Assembly (NCBI GenBank): GCA_019120355.1
Contig: DWVG01000036.1
Span: 2,024 to 66,023, forward strand
Length of the DNA stretch: 64,000 nt
Direction: 5' to 3'
Source: Candidatus Ligilactobacillus faecavium
Lineage (GTDB): Bacteria > Bacillota > Bacilli > Lactobacillales > Lactobacillaceae
This document shows positions 21,501 through 31,390 of this stretch, in pieces. Under the pieces are notes generated by a model. That model had not been told where the DNA came from. It ran no database searches and saw only the letters and a program-made list of their open reading frames with translations. A program made the translations under genes and the position numbers. Positions within the stretch are counted from its first letter, which is position 1, and the number at the start of each line of letters is the position of its first letter.

Positions 21501-22383
21501 GTTGAGCTGATGTTTCCATTTGGTCTAATGATGTCGGTAAACCGTTAATACCATTTGAAAGAATCTTAACTGAAGCATTAGCGTCTTTCGCACTTGACCC
21601 CATATCTTCCAAAATGCGTGGGAATCTTTGCAACTGATCATAACGACTAATTGCCGAACCAAATTGTTCCGAAACGGCAGTACCGGCTTGCATGGCTGCA
21701 TTATAAATGCCCATACCTAAAGCTGTTCCTTTTAACGTTTCTCCAAATGATTTCACTTTCGTTTCATCAGTTGTATTGGCTTTTAATGTTGTTGTACGTT
21801 CTTCCGGAATATCTTCAACACTCCGCTTAAATGAGCCAATACCATTACCGCTGATTTTTGCAAGTAAATTGGTAATACGTTCTTTAGGAGTTGTATTGAT
21901 TTCTTCTTTGAACTTATTAACTGCTTCATCATTGGCTTTAGCGTTGATTTCTGTGCTTTTCTCTCTTGGAACTTTGTTGACTTCTTCAGTGAATCGGTCA
22001 ACAGCACTTTCATTCGCCTTTGCATTGATTTCCGTAATCTTCTCTTTCGGAACTTTATTAATCGCATTTTCAGCTTCTTCAACACCGCTGATACTAGCTT
22101 TAGTTTCAATATCAACGTTTTTATCTTTCGGTAATCCGTTAACTGATTCTTTGACTTTATTAATATCAGATTGGCACTTATTCATTGCTTCATTGACTTT
22201 TTCTGCTGATGATTTGGCGTCATCACCAAATACATTCAAGCCATTAGCACTTTCATTAGCGATTGCTCCTGCTGAACGAAAAACTTCAAGCGTTTGTTCC
22301 ATAAGAGATTGTGCTTGACGTAATCCTGCACTGACTTCATCAACGAAACGCCATACGAATTGTTTCTCAACAACTGCTGTCAT
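18580..22383 (-). CDS. Tape measure protein with C-terminal lytic transglycosylase domain
   Basis: Tape-measure domain, W-periodic repeats, ATGG motifs, TESGGN…AQGLLQFIPSTF SLT motif; start refined from the RBS. Confidence 0.9.
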   Translation of the reverse strand: MTAVVEKQFVWRFVDEVSAGLRQAQSLMEQTLEVFRSAGAIANESANGLNVFGDDAKSSAEKVNEAMNKCQSDINKVKESVNGLPKDKNVDIETKASISGVEEAENAINKVPKEKITEINAKANESAVDRFTEEVNKVPREKSTEINAKANDEAVNKFKEEINTTPKERITNLLAKISGNGIGSFKRSVEDIPEERTTTLKANTTDETKVKSFGETLKGTALGMGIYNAAMQAGTAVSEQFGSAISRYDQLQRFPRILEDMGSSAKDANASVKILSNGINGLPTSLDQMETSAQRFMPITNNAQLAAKSAVALNDALIASGATAQDASDGLKEWTEMLDEGKPKMMQWQELTRVMSPALQKVAKSFGIASGSTSELYKKLQSGQITMQQLNQHMLQLDQGMKGFASTAHDATAGIGTAFDNLKIRLTKALADAVGGFNNFVKVISGNSIAQNINNLSSKFTNMGKTVSKVFTDLGNAIKPFLPEIKQLLPVLGTFIGTLAGLTIAKALVSGIISLGSAIAGLASGPMLAVAAIAALIVGFKELYQHNTKFRKFVNDIVASIKTLVTNITKVAQAISKDFVGAFNKISAPVKKVFNDVIKYIQPDLKTIQKNISSAMTTIQKVWNSAWSGLEKVVSSVMSVISKFVQQHMTQIRSIIQSVTKIISTIWNTIWKQIENVFKLVWDSIFHQSRVINDVKNIISTGSKATQVIWQNVWNIVRNYFSMVWDAIKNIANSAINAVKNIISNVVHGIQNIWNSIWGAIRDYLRSVWDSIQSNVSHVMNGIHDTISSILDRISSVWHRMWDSMSDAFHGIWDKIKGYASDGMNGVIDVINAGINGIDSVWKFFTGHETSLHHLSHVKFATGGVVGGNQLSMVNDGGGSHWKELIEEPDGNMFMANQRNAILPLKPGTRVYNGEETHQIMSALGVEHYATGGIVGDDGLKHYKDGGVVGDLIDWGHHELSNLGSWIKDKWDAITKFLKHPLENTKEIIAKAITGPLSKLSNSNMVELGKGVFDKLTQPISDWLKKGLQDLKKKHDQEVEHGKGYFNGGAGVARWAPVIDKVAQEMGVHLTDDQKNRLLRQIATESGGNELITQQISDVNSAAGHPAQGLLQFIPSTFAHWALPGHTNINSGYDQIMAAINCLDHGGEGGWGNVGDGHGWATGGHITGLDLAWIGDNPEHEEFVINPFAPSARPLLKQAMDRTQSVQPVSQTDVSKSDPDNQIGERIVELLELILQKDSYVNLEDAGQRLRSNDAQSLRMVNMQRGV

Positions 22384-22669
22384 GTTCGCCCTCCTTTCTA
22401 GCACGTTCTTCCATTATCTTTTTATATGCCGGCGATAATGAACCAGCTTTAAATTGACTGTTAATGATCTTTTCATTTCCAGTAATGCGGTCGCGCAATT
22501 TTTGATTCTTTTCGTGCATTTCATCTGTAAATTCACTTGGTCGGACCGCTTCAGTATCAACTCCAAAGACTGGTTGTGGTATTTGTGCCTTAACCAGTGC
22601 TTGGTCTTGTTCATCAAGCAAATGAAGCTGATAACCTTTTTCCACCGCCTTGAATTCTGACGGTGTCAT
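22367..22669 (-). CDS. Tail assembly chaperone gpT-like segment (probably reached by -1 frameshift)
   Basis: GISPSELDEMTPSEF motif; frame stays open back to a slippery site at 22909..22915. Confidence 0.75.
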   Translation of the reverse strand: MTPSEFKAVEKGYQLHLLDEQDQALVKAQIPQPVFGVDTEAVRPSEFTDEMHEKNQKLRDRITGNEKIINSQFKAGSLSPAYKKIMEERARKEGEHDSSC

Positions 22670-22674
22670 TTCAT

Positions 22675-23217
22675 CTAATTCGCTTGGACTGATTCCGATT
22701 TGTCGCCCATAGGTGATGGTGTCAAGCCAGAGTTTGTGAGGGTCTTCAACCGGTTCAGTTGTTCTTGCGTACTCTTCAAACTTGTTTCTAAGGCTTTCTT
22801 TTGCATGTTTGGTTGACCGTTTTCTTCGTCTGACATTGCATCCGCTTGAGCTTCCACAATATCCATTGAGTTTTCGGTAGTCTTGATAAATTCCGACAAG
22901 TTCCGTGCTAAAAAATTATCATCGTGCATGGTTTTAATGATGTCATCAACTGCGTTTTCTGTTGCTTCATCTGAAACAAAAACTGTGGCTGATAATGCTT
23001 CTTCGACCATATCTTCAGTTGGTTGATTACGTTTGTAATAAGCAAGTGCGTGGTAGTATGCTTCAACGATAGATTCAACTTTACCAGCTAATAAATCTTG
23101 AACTAAGACACTAAAGCCGTCTTGACTATCGTTTGCCATTGCTTTTGATACTTGCTTATAGAATGCAAAATTAAATTTTGGTTGGTACACATTACCGTTG
23201 ATTGTTAAATTTTCCAT
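22675..23217 (-). CDS. Tail assembly chaperone gpG-like
   Basis: Lies between the major tail gene and the TMP; LTING…KFNFAF N-terminus. Confidence 0.8.
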   Translation of the reverse strand: MENLTINGNVYQPKFNFAFYKQVSKAMANDSQDGFSVLVQDLLAGKVESIVEAYYHALAYYKRNQPTEDMVEEALSATVFVSDEATENAVDDIIKTMHDDNFLARNLSEFIKTTENSMDIVEAQADAMSDEENGQPNMQKKALETSLKSTQEQLNRLKTLTNSGLTPSPMGDKSESVQAN

Positions 23218-23237
23218 ATTTTATTCCTCCAATTCGA

Positions 23238-23927
23238 TTAAGCCTTTGGTGTTACTACTGCACTGTTATTTGAACCTGACGTTGTACCTGTTGAAGAACT
23301 TGATTGACTGATATTGTTATCTGATGTTCCATGTTCTTTATCCCATTGTTCAAGCGGTGTTGGTTCTGGATCTTCTGTGCCACCAATACCTGCTGCACCT
23401 GTAAAGCTGAACATCTTCAAACCGTCTGACAACATATCAGGGTCGAGTTCATCTTGACTAAGCATTCCGGGTTGGCTTGAACCGTCAATATCGTATGTGA
23501 TGTTTGAATGAATCAAGTTATTAACTGCTTCAGTGTTTGGTAAGCCATTAGGTGTTGCCATTGCAAAATCTGCGGGAACATATAATTTTCCTGTTGAGTC
23601 ATAACGCTTTTCGTTAAAATCAATCCGCCAAATTGCAACTTTGATTCCTTCTTCAACGACCCGTTTTAACCCGTCATAAATATCAGAACCACGTAACCAA
23701 TATGAATCAACGACAAACGTTTCTGAACGTGAACCTGACGCATGCAACGTTCCTTTCTTAGTTGCAACATCGGTCATCTTACGAGTGTTTGTTGTTGATG
23801 TCGCTGCTTGTACTCCCAACATTTTGATTGGATCTGTTGTTTTATCCCATGGAAATTTGATACCATAAACGATTTTGTCAGCTGACTTTGTATCTAAATT
23901 AACTGTATTTACTTCTTCAGTAGCCAT
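23238..23927 (-). CDS. Major tail protein (TP901-1-like)
   Basis: Position and TKKG…WRID motifs. Confidence 0.8.
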   Translation of the reverse strand: MATEEVNTVNLDTKSADKIVYGIKFPWDKTTDPIKMLGVQAATSTTNTRKMTDVATKKGTLHASGSRSETFVVDSYWLRGSDIYDGLKRVVEEGIKVAIWRIDFNEKRYDSTGKLYVPADFAMATPNGLPNTEAVNNLIHSNITYDIDGSSQPGMLSQDELDPDMLSDGLKMFSFTGAAGIGGTEDPEPTPLEQWDKEHGTSDNNISQSSSSTGTTSGSNNSAVVTPKA

Positions 23928-23934
23928 GTGCTAT

Positions 23935-24327
23935 TCATCCTTTCTTACCGTAAATAAAATAATCAAACAAAAAAGCAAGACGATATAATGTCCTGCTTTG
24001 TAATGAAGTATCAACGATTGGTCGCATTGAGTAATCAGAATAACGTAATGGCCATTCCGACAATTTCAATCGTTGCATTAAATTTGCAACTTTACGCCCA
24101 ATCATCAATGATTTTCCTTGCTGTGTAATATCAACATAAACATCAACGCCAATCGTTGCTTTTACGCAATCCATAACTTTCAAATCCGTAATTTCTTGTT
24201 CATTTTGAAGATAAACAATTATCTGCGGAAACTTTTCCAGGCGTTGCTGTCCGAGATCATACACCGGGATTTGTATGCTTTTTAATAGTTTCTTAACTGA
24301 TAACAATAAATCGACTTCGGGCTCCAC
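23935..24327 (-). CDS. Tail terminator/completion protein
   Basis: Position; PVYD…FPQI pattern. Confidence 0.6.
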   Translation of the reverse strand: MEPEVDLLLSVKKLLKSIQIPVYDLGQQRLEKFPQIIVYLQNEQEITDLKVMDCVKATIGVDVYVDITQQGKSLMIGRKVANLMQRLKLSEWPLRYSDYSMRPIVDTSLQSRTLYRLAFLFDYFIYGKKG

Positions 24328-24809
24328 TAATCCACCGCCTTTCTTACAATCGTTTCAAACTCATCATCTAAATCAGCAGAAACTTTTTCTCCAGATGGTT
24401 TCATATATGGTTCAGGTGCCATTTTATAAGTTCCAAATTCAACGTATTGTCCGTAATAATCATTGGCTTTATTCGTTGCTTCTGGTTTGATAGATACACT
24501 CATGCCGTCTTGACTAAATTCCGGCTTGATACTTCCTTGTAAGTTACCAGTCGGAACATATCCGCTTTTGCCATGTCCGACTAATTGACTTTCAATAGCT
24601 TGCGCTTGATTGACTTCCTTCGCCCCGGCATTTTTGATAAATGCCTTACTTAATGCTTGTGCTTTCTGTTCAGTAGCATTCGCAATACCCACCGCTTCAT
24701 CAAAACCATTTGAAGCCATTGATTGAGCAACTTGTTTCATCTGTTCCAAACCGCTTGTATCAACGGAAAAAGAAACGACTGGCAATACACTTTCATCATT
24801 TTCAGCCAT
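24327..24809 (-). CDS. HK97 gp10-family neck protein
   Basis: TGNLQGSI…YVEFGT.KM…PYM.P. Confidence 0.8.
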   Translation of the reverse strand: MAENDESVLPVVSFSVDTSGLEQMKQVAQSMASNGFDEAVGIANATEQKAQALSKAFIKNAGAKEVNQAQAIESQLVGHGKSGYVPTGNLQGSIKPEFSQDGMSVSIKPEATNKANDYYGQYVEFGTYKMAPEPYMKPSGEKVSADLDDEFETIVRKAVD

Positions 24810-25119
24810 GGAAAATCACTTCCCCATGAATGATATAGAAATCTGTGCGATTAGTATGACGTCCAACCTTTTGAATTTGATGAATCGTACTTTCATCATC
24901 AGCATTATATTCACCAATAAAGCCGATTGCGTCAGCGGTATATTCACCAAAACAGCGAACAACCGTTGCGTCATACATTTGCCCGTTTGCTAACGTTAAA
25001 TTAGCTCGCTTTACATTAGCTTTTACTGTTTGACTCGCATATTTGATTGAATGATCTAATCCATCCGGGTCTTCATCTTGCGCTTTGGTTAAAAGCAAAA
25101 CCTGTGTGTCATATCGCAT
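24802..25119 (-). CDS. Head closure/head-tail adaptor
   Basis: MRYD start; position in the neck module. Confidence 0.6.
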   Translation of the reverse strand: MRYDTQVLLLTKAQDEDPDGLDHSIKYASQTVKANVKRANLTLANGQMYDATVVRCFGEYTADAIGFIGEYNADDESTIHQIQKVGRHTNRTDFYIIHGEVIFHG

Positions 25120-25125
25120 AATTCA

Positions 25126-25491
25126 TCACTCCCAACCAATCGCTTTGCCGTTATTTACTTGATGATTGTCGACCCACGCTTGCAACATAACGTAATATGG
25201 TTGCAGATCATCAGAACTGAATTTAAGCGTTAGTCCCTCTTCAGTAACCATATCCATACCCTCGTTATGAAACTTGTTATATTTAGCGGTAACAACTTCA
25301 TCGACGATGTAATTAAGTTCTTGCGGAAAACCGCCGTCATCTTCATCAGAGTTACTTTGAACACCAATCAACGTCATAATGGCTTGCTTAACATTGTTGA
25401 TGTATAGCTTAATTCTGTTTTGGTCTTTATCCGATAACTCAACGTCTATCATCGTCATTGCTCTGTTTAAGTCATCATCAGTTGTTAGCAT
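25126..25491 (-). CDS. Head-tail connector protein (gp6/gp15-like)
   Basis: P.EL.YIV.EV…YN…EG…EEG motif. Confidence 0.75.
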   Translation of the reverse strand: MLTTDDDLNRAMTMIDVELSDKDQNRIKLYINNVKQAIMTLIGVQSNSDEDDGGFPQELNYIVDEVVTAKYNKFHNEGMDMVTEEGLTLKFSSDDLQPYYVMLQAWVDNHQVNNGKAIGWE

Positions 25492-25505
25492 TCAAAATCA
25501 CTCCT

Positions 25506-26594
25506 TTATTTTGATGACGTGCTTGAAGTGCTTGTTCCTGCTGTTGTACTTGCCGGAATGATTGCACCGTCTGTTGTAGTGAACTTAACCATTGGAATTA
25601 ACTTATTATCAAACTTCTTTGTCCAGTTTGCACCGTTAGCCAAATCTGTTAAGTCAGGGAATTCTTTATCAGCGCCGAATGCTGTATCATTCCAAGAAAT
25701 TCCTTGCGGTTGCATTACGAAACGCCGACGATTAATCAAGTAATCAACACCATGATTGATTAATGGTTCACGTCCCGTTTCAACTGCATTTTCAACCGGT
25801 AGTTCAACGTATGAAACGGCACCCTTGGCAAATAAGTATGAATTGTATTTACCGCTTGCGTCCTTTGTTAATGCGTCATCAACAACAATTTGAACGCCTT
25901 TGATACTATCGCCAGTGTCTGGTGCTGTGATTGATGTTGGCACATTTGCATTACCATTGATCACAAACGTATTTGTTGCACCTGTTTTCGGGTCAACGAT
26001 ATTTGCATTTTGAAGTTGCATTAAAATATCAGAGTGAATGACAACCAATGCTAAGTCTTTGTAACGGTCGCCTAACATGAAACGAGCCTTATTGAAGTTC
26101 GTTAATGAGAATGTTGGGTCTTGAGTTGACGTTACGTCTAATTGGTTAACACCTTTCATTGATGTTGAAGCAAACATTCCTGTTAATTCAGCAAGTAATA
26201 CTTTTTCGTAAATTGTATTCCAGTAATCAGCAATCGAATCACCAATCGCACCTAATGGGTCAGCTCCTGATAATTCGCGTGATAAATCTGTTGCACTCCA
26301 TGCTTGGTCAAAGCCTAATTTGCGAGCTTGGAATTTATCCGTTTTGATTTTGTTCAAAACAAGGTCAGCGGTATCTGTCGGAACTTGTGGGTCAGCAACT
26401 TCAAGTGGTTGGAATGCCGGAATATTTACAGTCGTTCCTGATGTTCCTAAATTATGAAATGCTGGTGTGTTATCTGCTACTACACCGCTTTGGAAAAAAG
26501 CATTTGAAGCTGTTGAACGTTCAATAATGTAACTTGCCCAGCTTTCAGGAATTTGCATATCTGATAAATGTGTTGCGTTTGAAAAATCTGTCAT
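25506..26594 (-). CDS. Major capsid protein
   Basis: T.LSD..IPE…QSG…G.DP..AI…NGANW motifs; follows the scaffold gene. Confidence 0.85.
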   Translation of the reverse strand: MTDFSNATHLSDMQIPESWASYIIERSTASNAFFQSGVVADNTPAFHNLGTSGTTVNIPAFQPLEVADPQVPTDTADLVLNKIKTDKFQARKLGFDQAWSATDLSRELSGADPLGAIGDSIADYWNTIYEKVLLAELTGMFASTSMKGVNQLDVTSTQDPTFSLTNFNKARFMLGDRYKDLALVVIHSDILMQLQNANIVDPKTGATNTFVINGNANVPTSITAPDTGDSIKGVQIVVDDALTKDASGKYNSYLFAKGAVSYVELPVENAVETGREPLINHGVDYLINRRRFVMQPQGISWNDTAFGADKEFPDLTDLANGANWTKKFDNKLIPMVKFTTTDGAIIPASTTAGTSTSSTSSK

Positions 26595-26612
26595 AATGTA
26601 ATCTCTCCTTCA

Positions 26613-27278
26613 TTAAATTTCTGGCTTGATGTAATAATTTTTAGGCTGAGCTTGAGCAATCATTTGCTTTGCTAAATCTGGGTCTTTTTGTGTGATTTCC
26701 ATTTGCTTAGTTAAATTGAATGACTTATCAGCCCATGGATTATCGCCATTGACTGAACCGCCTTGTTGGTTGCCATTACTATTAGCACTTGGATTTTGAC
26801 GACCCTTCAGCAATTCTTTAGTCGCTTGTTCAACCTGTTGATTGACATAGTTTTCTAGTACAGATAAACGATCATTAGTTTCTTCGTCAGTTTGTCCCAT
26901 GACTAAGGGCAACATATCCGTAGAAATTCCTTTATCAAGCAATAATGATTTTGTATGGAATTCACGCTTTTCACGTTCCAAGTCAGCCATTTGCTTTTGT
27001 ACTTTGGCTTCACGTTCTTTACGTTCATCTTCAGCTCGTTCATCAGCAGTCATTTTGGCTCGCTTTTCTGCTTTTTCAATCGCTTCTTGCAAGTCTTGAG
27101 CTTGCTTTTCTTTAAGCTGTTTGACACGTTCATCACTTTTAGAACGTTCCTTAGCAATCTTTGAAGCAATCAATTCATCAATTTTTGCTTGTTGTTCATC
27201 GGTGAATTGCACTTCATTTTCACTCTTTTGCTTTTCCACTTCTTTTTCATTATCTTGATTTTGATTTTCGTTGTTCAT
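26613..27278 (-). CDS. Capsid scaffolding protein (DUF4355-like)
   Basis: Charged coiled coil, FT.EQ, NPW…FNLT.Q tail. Confidence 0.8.
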   Translation of the reverse strand: MNNENQNQDNEKEVEKQKSENEVQFTDEQQAKIDELIASKIAKERSKSDERVKQLKEKQAQDLQEAIEKAEKRAKMTADERAEDERKEREAKVQKQMADLEREKREFHTKSLLLDKGISTDMLPLVMGQTDEETNDRLSVLENYVNQQVEQATKELLKGRQNPSANSNGNQQGGSVNGDNPWADKSFNLTKQMEITQKDPDLAKQMIAQAQPKNYYIKPEI

Positions 27279-27365
27279 CTAGAACCTCCATTTAACGTCT
27301 GTCGACTAATTCCGTTTTTCGCTCGTCAGCGTATAAAAAATAAGCAGTTTAATGACTTGCTTAGG

Positions 27366-28403
27366 TCAAGTATTCAATTCATTTAAAACATCATCGTAAT
27401 TCATGTTTGCTACCGGAATAACGTTACAACAACAATTTGGATGAAACGGTGGAACATTAATACCTTGTTCCATTTCATCAATCTTGACGGTACTTCCGTC
27501 CGTTGTAATGCAGAATGAGCAAACGTGGCTACTGTGGCGACTTACAACTTCAACTTCGTTATAGCCTTGCACTTGATAATCTTTAGCGGCAACTTGCGTT
27601 TGTCTTGCTTTGCATTCCGTAACGAATACCCGCTTTAGATTAGCTTGCGTTGACATGTATTCTTTAGCCACCGTTGACCGCCATTTTCCTTGCGATAAAT
27701 TATCCTGCTGACTTGCATTAAATAGTTTTTCATATTGTTTTGTCATAGCATTCCAATTTACATGATTCTTAACAGCGTAATCAATAATATTATCAAGATC
27801 TACCGCAAGTTGTTGCATGTGTCTGAATATCAAATTGATTGGCTTTTCCGGCGTTGCATTTTGCCAAGCGATTCGCATTAAAGCCCGTTGCTTATAAACT
27901 GGATGATAACCGTGATGACTGTTAAAACTAGCAATCTTTTGTGCCAATTCATCGTCATTATCGACACGTACTGGTTTTACATGCTTTTCAATAACTGACG
28001 TTGTCTTCTCTTCAATTTGATTCTGTTCTTGTTGAAGATGTTTCGCAGTATCAATCCCCAATTTAGCAACTTGAATTCGTGATTTTAATTTAGCTACGTC
28101 AAGATTAGTTTGATATGGTAAGTTATTTAAAATTATTCCGCATAGTGTTGAAACTCCAACTAATCCGCCCGTTTCTTCTTGATGAACCTGCTCTTGAAAT
28201 TGCTTTAATTCCTGCAATACATTTTGAACATCTTCAGGAGTTGCATTGGAATTCCATTCAAGCCCGTTATCAACAAAGTAAGCAATGTTAGCCTGCTGAT
28301 TCTGCGAATAGCTTTGTATCATTTGTTCTAACTGCTTAACACTCTCGCTTGTCGGACTAAAAACTTTATTTAAATCACTGATTAACTTCTTTGTATCAAT
28401 CAT
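27366..28403 (-). CDS. Minor head protein (SPP1 gp7/Mu F-like)
   Basis: C..C…PPFHPNC.C motif. Confidence 0.8.
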   Translation of the reverse strand: MIDTKKLISDLNKVFSPTSESVKQLEQMIQSYSQNQQANIAYFVDNGLEWNSNATPEDVQNVLQELKQFQEQVHQEETGGLVGVSTLCGIILNNLPYQTNLDVAKLKSRIQVAKLGIDTAKHLQQEQNQIEEKTTSVIEKHVKPVRVDNDDELAQKIASFNSHHGYHPVYKQRALMRIAWQNATPEKPINLIFRHMQQLAVDLDNIIDYAVKNHVNWNAMTKQYEKLFNASQQDNLSQGKWRSTVAKEYMSTQANLKRVFVTECKARQTQVAAKDYQVQGYNEVEVVSRHSSHVCSFCITTDGSTVKIDEMEQGINVPPFHPNCCCNVIPVANMNYDDVLNELNT

Positions 28404-30094
28404 TATGATTCATCGTCCTTATTGTTTTCTGAAGATTGTTCATCATCGTTTGATACCGGCTGTTTTTCAACAACTGCTGGTTGTCCAGTGCTAAATACTT
28501 TACCCGTTCCAAAATCGCCTAAATCATAGCCAATCTGCTTATTCATTGTCGATTCTTGCTGTTCATCTACTCGCTGTTGTTCAGTTTGCGCTGAAATGCC
28601 AGTGATTGGTTCAGCAAGTTCACGCAATGTTTCATCACTAAGAATTCCAGTACTATTCAGCGTTTGAATCAACGTACTTGTTTCTTCATCATTCTTTGGA
28701 AGATTTGGTGTAAATGTATACGTTAATGCTGAAACTAATTCCGTTGCTGTTAATTGACTATGAATTGCGTGTAGAGTTTGCCAATAATTTACGCAAGCTA
28801 AGTAACGTTCATTTAAACTCTTTTCAAATAACGATTCTTGAATCTTACGTTCTTGGTCTGAACCCCACAATTTGTAACTCATTGCCACACCACTTGCATT
28901 ACTTGCGAAGTTTGGATCATTCACGTTTGGCGTGTTAGTGTATTTATGAATTTCATTGATTAAGAAATTCGTGTAAGTTTCCCAACCTGCTGAATCATAT
29001 TGCTTTGTTAGATATTGAGCGTTAGGTTGAATGACCTGCTTTGGTTGACCGACACCAGTTTGCATTGCGTATGGTTCTAAATACCACATGTGATTATGTG
29101 GTCCAACGTCTGGGTGCGGTGGTTCAAGAATAACTGGTTGCCCGTCTTTCCCCTTAATCACGTTGCCCTTGTCATCTTTCATGAATACCGGAGCGGTCAT
29201 GTTTGCAAATTTACCCGTTAAGATAATATTTGCATTATCAAAATCATCTTGGAAATCAGCCATCATGGATATTGATTTATCCAATGCGTCAATTTGATCT
29301 AATTCCGCTTCCCAATCTCCAGTTCGTTCTTCATTGTTAATGTATTCTGTTAATGGAACACGTCCAAAGAATAACGGTGTCTGACTATCAAGCGTTGCAT
29401 ATGGTGCCGGACTATTTACGTCAGGAAAACCGCCGTCAGTGTGATAACGATAAAGCATATCATCGGTATAGATTTCGTAAATCTCTTGTAAATCCTGTTG
29501 CAAAATACCGATTTGATAATATCTAACCGCCATTAATGGCTGCGGTTTGATTGCGTCATCATAGACAACAAAACATGTTGTCGGGTCAACAACTGCTAAA
29601 TTTAAATCATTTGTTCCGGCGTCAACGTAAACTAAATCATAAGCTCGACCAGTAATTGACAAATCTTTCTTGATCATTTCATCAATATAAGATTCATCAA
29701 CTTGATGATTGAAATTAATTACGTTTTCTTCAAGCTGTCCAGTATCTTCTTCATTTTCGGAATTAACCTTGAATTGAATATCATTGCCTAAAAAATAACC
29801 AACACGAATGTTTGTGATATACCTTGCAAAGGCACTCGCAATTCGGTTGGTTGAATGATTAACCGCTGTTGATTGCGGTTTATTCTTGATGTCATTTTGA
29901 GCTAAATAATATCGCTTTAATTCCTGCAATCGTGGTACTTCATAATTAGCATGATGAGTCATGAATTTGAATGCCGTTTCAAACAAAGCAGACGGTTCAT
30001 TTTTGATTTGCTCAAACATGCTTGTTGGCATTTGATAAACTCGATTAGCTTCTTCATTAAAGCGATGTTGTCGTTCAATCTTTAACTTTGGCAT
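28403..30094 (-). CDS. Portal protein (SPP1 gp6 type)
   Basis: GYFLGN, G.AY, NASGVAM.YKL motifs. Confidence 0.9.
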   Translation of the reverse strand: MPKLKIERQHRFNEEANRVYQMPTSMFEQIKNEPSALFETAFKFMTHHANYEVPRLQELKRYYLAQNDIKNKPQSTAVNHSTNRIASAFARYITNIRVGYFLGNDIQFKVNSENEEDTGQLEENVINFNHQVDESYIDEMIKKDLSITGRAYDLVYVDAGTNDLNLAVVDPTTCFVVYDDAIKPQPLMAVRYYQIGILQQDLQEIYEIYTDDMLYRYHTDGGFPDVNSPAPYATLDSQTPLFFGRVPLTEYINNEERTGDWEAELDQIDALDKSISMMADFQDDFDNANIILTGKFANMTAPVFMKDDKGNVIKGKDGQPVILEPPHPDVGPHNHMWYLEPYAMQTGVGQPKQVIQPNAQYLTKQYDSAGWETYTNFLINEIHKYTNTPNVNDPNFASNASGVAMSYKLWGSDQERKIQESLFEKSLNERYLACVNYWQTLHAIHSQLTATELVSALTYTFTPNLPKNDEETSTLIQTLNSTGILSDETLRELAEPITGISAQTEQQRVDEQQESTMNKQIGYDLGDFGTGKVFSTGQPAVVEKQPVSNDDEQSSENNKDDES

Positions 30095-31390
30095 TTAGTA
30101 ATTCACTCCCATCTGTTCGCCAATTCTATACTGTTCGCTCCACTTAACGCTGACCGCATTATCATAATTCTGCATAAAAGGTCGCATTGCATAGCGCAAA
30201 GCATCGATTGCGTGGTTGTTTTCATCTTTTGGAACATTCAATGTGTTTCCGATTTTATCAGTATCAAAAACATAGTTGTTAAACTCATTCCAAATATTTT
30301 TGCAATGTGGATGAACGTAAATCTGATACTGCCAAAGTTGGTCAATTCCGGCTTCAACTCGTGTCTTTTGAACACTATCAGCGTTGATGATTCCAATATC
30401 AACTAATTGTTGCGTTCGTTCCGGGTTAGCACTATCAGCAAGGATATGCGCATTTTGATAACCGTGATTAATTATCCATTCAGCAGTTTGTGGTGTTGTT
30501 TGATGATGAGCATACATCTCATCATAGATCCACAATTTCTTGTGTTCTTCATCAATCGCAACCGCAACGAATGCTGTCGGGTCATTCCCAAAGCCATAAT
30601 CAAGCCCAAAACTTGTTTGTCCGCATTCCGTGATTTTTTGCATTATATCAAAATCTTCCATGTGAACATTATCTTCAAAAACAAGTCCTTCAGAAACGCC
30701 CCAATCACCGTCGCATGAAACTTTGGCACGTCTTGGATTTGTTTTGTATAAATCTAAATAACGTTTACGGTCGCCGTCATCAAGCCATTCATTACACCTA
30801 AATGTCGTTGTAATTGCGAATGTATCAGCTTTACGGGTCTTTTCATCAAAGAAAGTTCGCTTTAACCAATGATGTTCATTCCATGGGTTAAACGTTACTG
30901 TGATTTGCTTAAACGCATCCGGTTCATCAATTCGCCCACGGATACTTTCAGAAAGTGTTTCAAGTTTATCTTCACTTTCAATCTCGTACGCTTCTTCTAT
31001 CCAAACCCAAGCTAGATAACCTTTTGAAACTGTGATTGATGTTAATTTTAATGGTTTATCAAGCCCACGAAAAATGATTCGCTGTCCTGTCGGCTTGTAG
31101 ATAATCTCCGGTAAAGACGGATTGAGTTTAAATAAATGCTCCACGTGAAACCTTGAAATCGCCCACACCAAATCTTCGTATGTTGATTGACGGTTGGTAT
31201 TTGAGAAACGCCGAATAACAAGCAAATTTGCCCATGGATATTTCATAATACGATAAATGAAGTTAAGAGCTGTCGTCTTACTCTTTTTACTAGCCCGTGA
31301 ACCTTTTACGACCCGATAGAAATGCTTGTCATGCCAGTAATCGTAGTAACCGCCACCGACTAGCTCTTTCAAGCTAAGTTTCAGCTCCAT
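30095..31390 (-). CDS. terL: Terminase large subunit (PBSX family)
   Basis: KGSRASKKS, WIEEAYE, TFNPW, GLDYG, NHAIDALRYA. Confidence 0.92.
   Translation of the reverse strand: MELKLSLKELVGGGYYDYWHDKHFYRVVKGSRASKKSKTTALNFIYRIMKYPWANLLVIRRFSNTNRQSTYEDLVWAISRFHVEHLFKLNPSLPEIIYKPTGQRIIFRGLDKPLKLTSITVSKGYLAWVWIEEAYEIESEDKLETLSESIRGRIDEPDAFKQITVTFNPWNEHHWLKRTFFDEKTRKADTFAITTTFRCNEWLDDGDRKRYLDLYKTNPRRAKVSCDGDWGVSEGLVFEDNVHMEDFDIMQKITECGQTSFGLDYGFGNDPTAFVAVAIDEEHKKLWIYDEMYAHHQTTPQTAEWIINHGYQNAHILADSANPERTQQLVDIGIINADSVQKTRVEAGIDQLWQYQIYVHPHCKNIWNEFNNYVFDTDKIGNTLNVPKDENNHAIDALRYAMRPFMQNYDNAVSVKWSEQYRIGEQMGVNY

Noticed and set aside
21707-22318. 203-aa plus-strand ORF and ~24-aa repeats
   Set aside because: Antisense shadow of the repetitive tape-measure N-terminus
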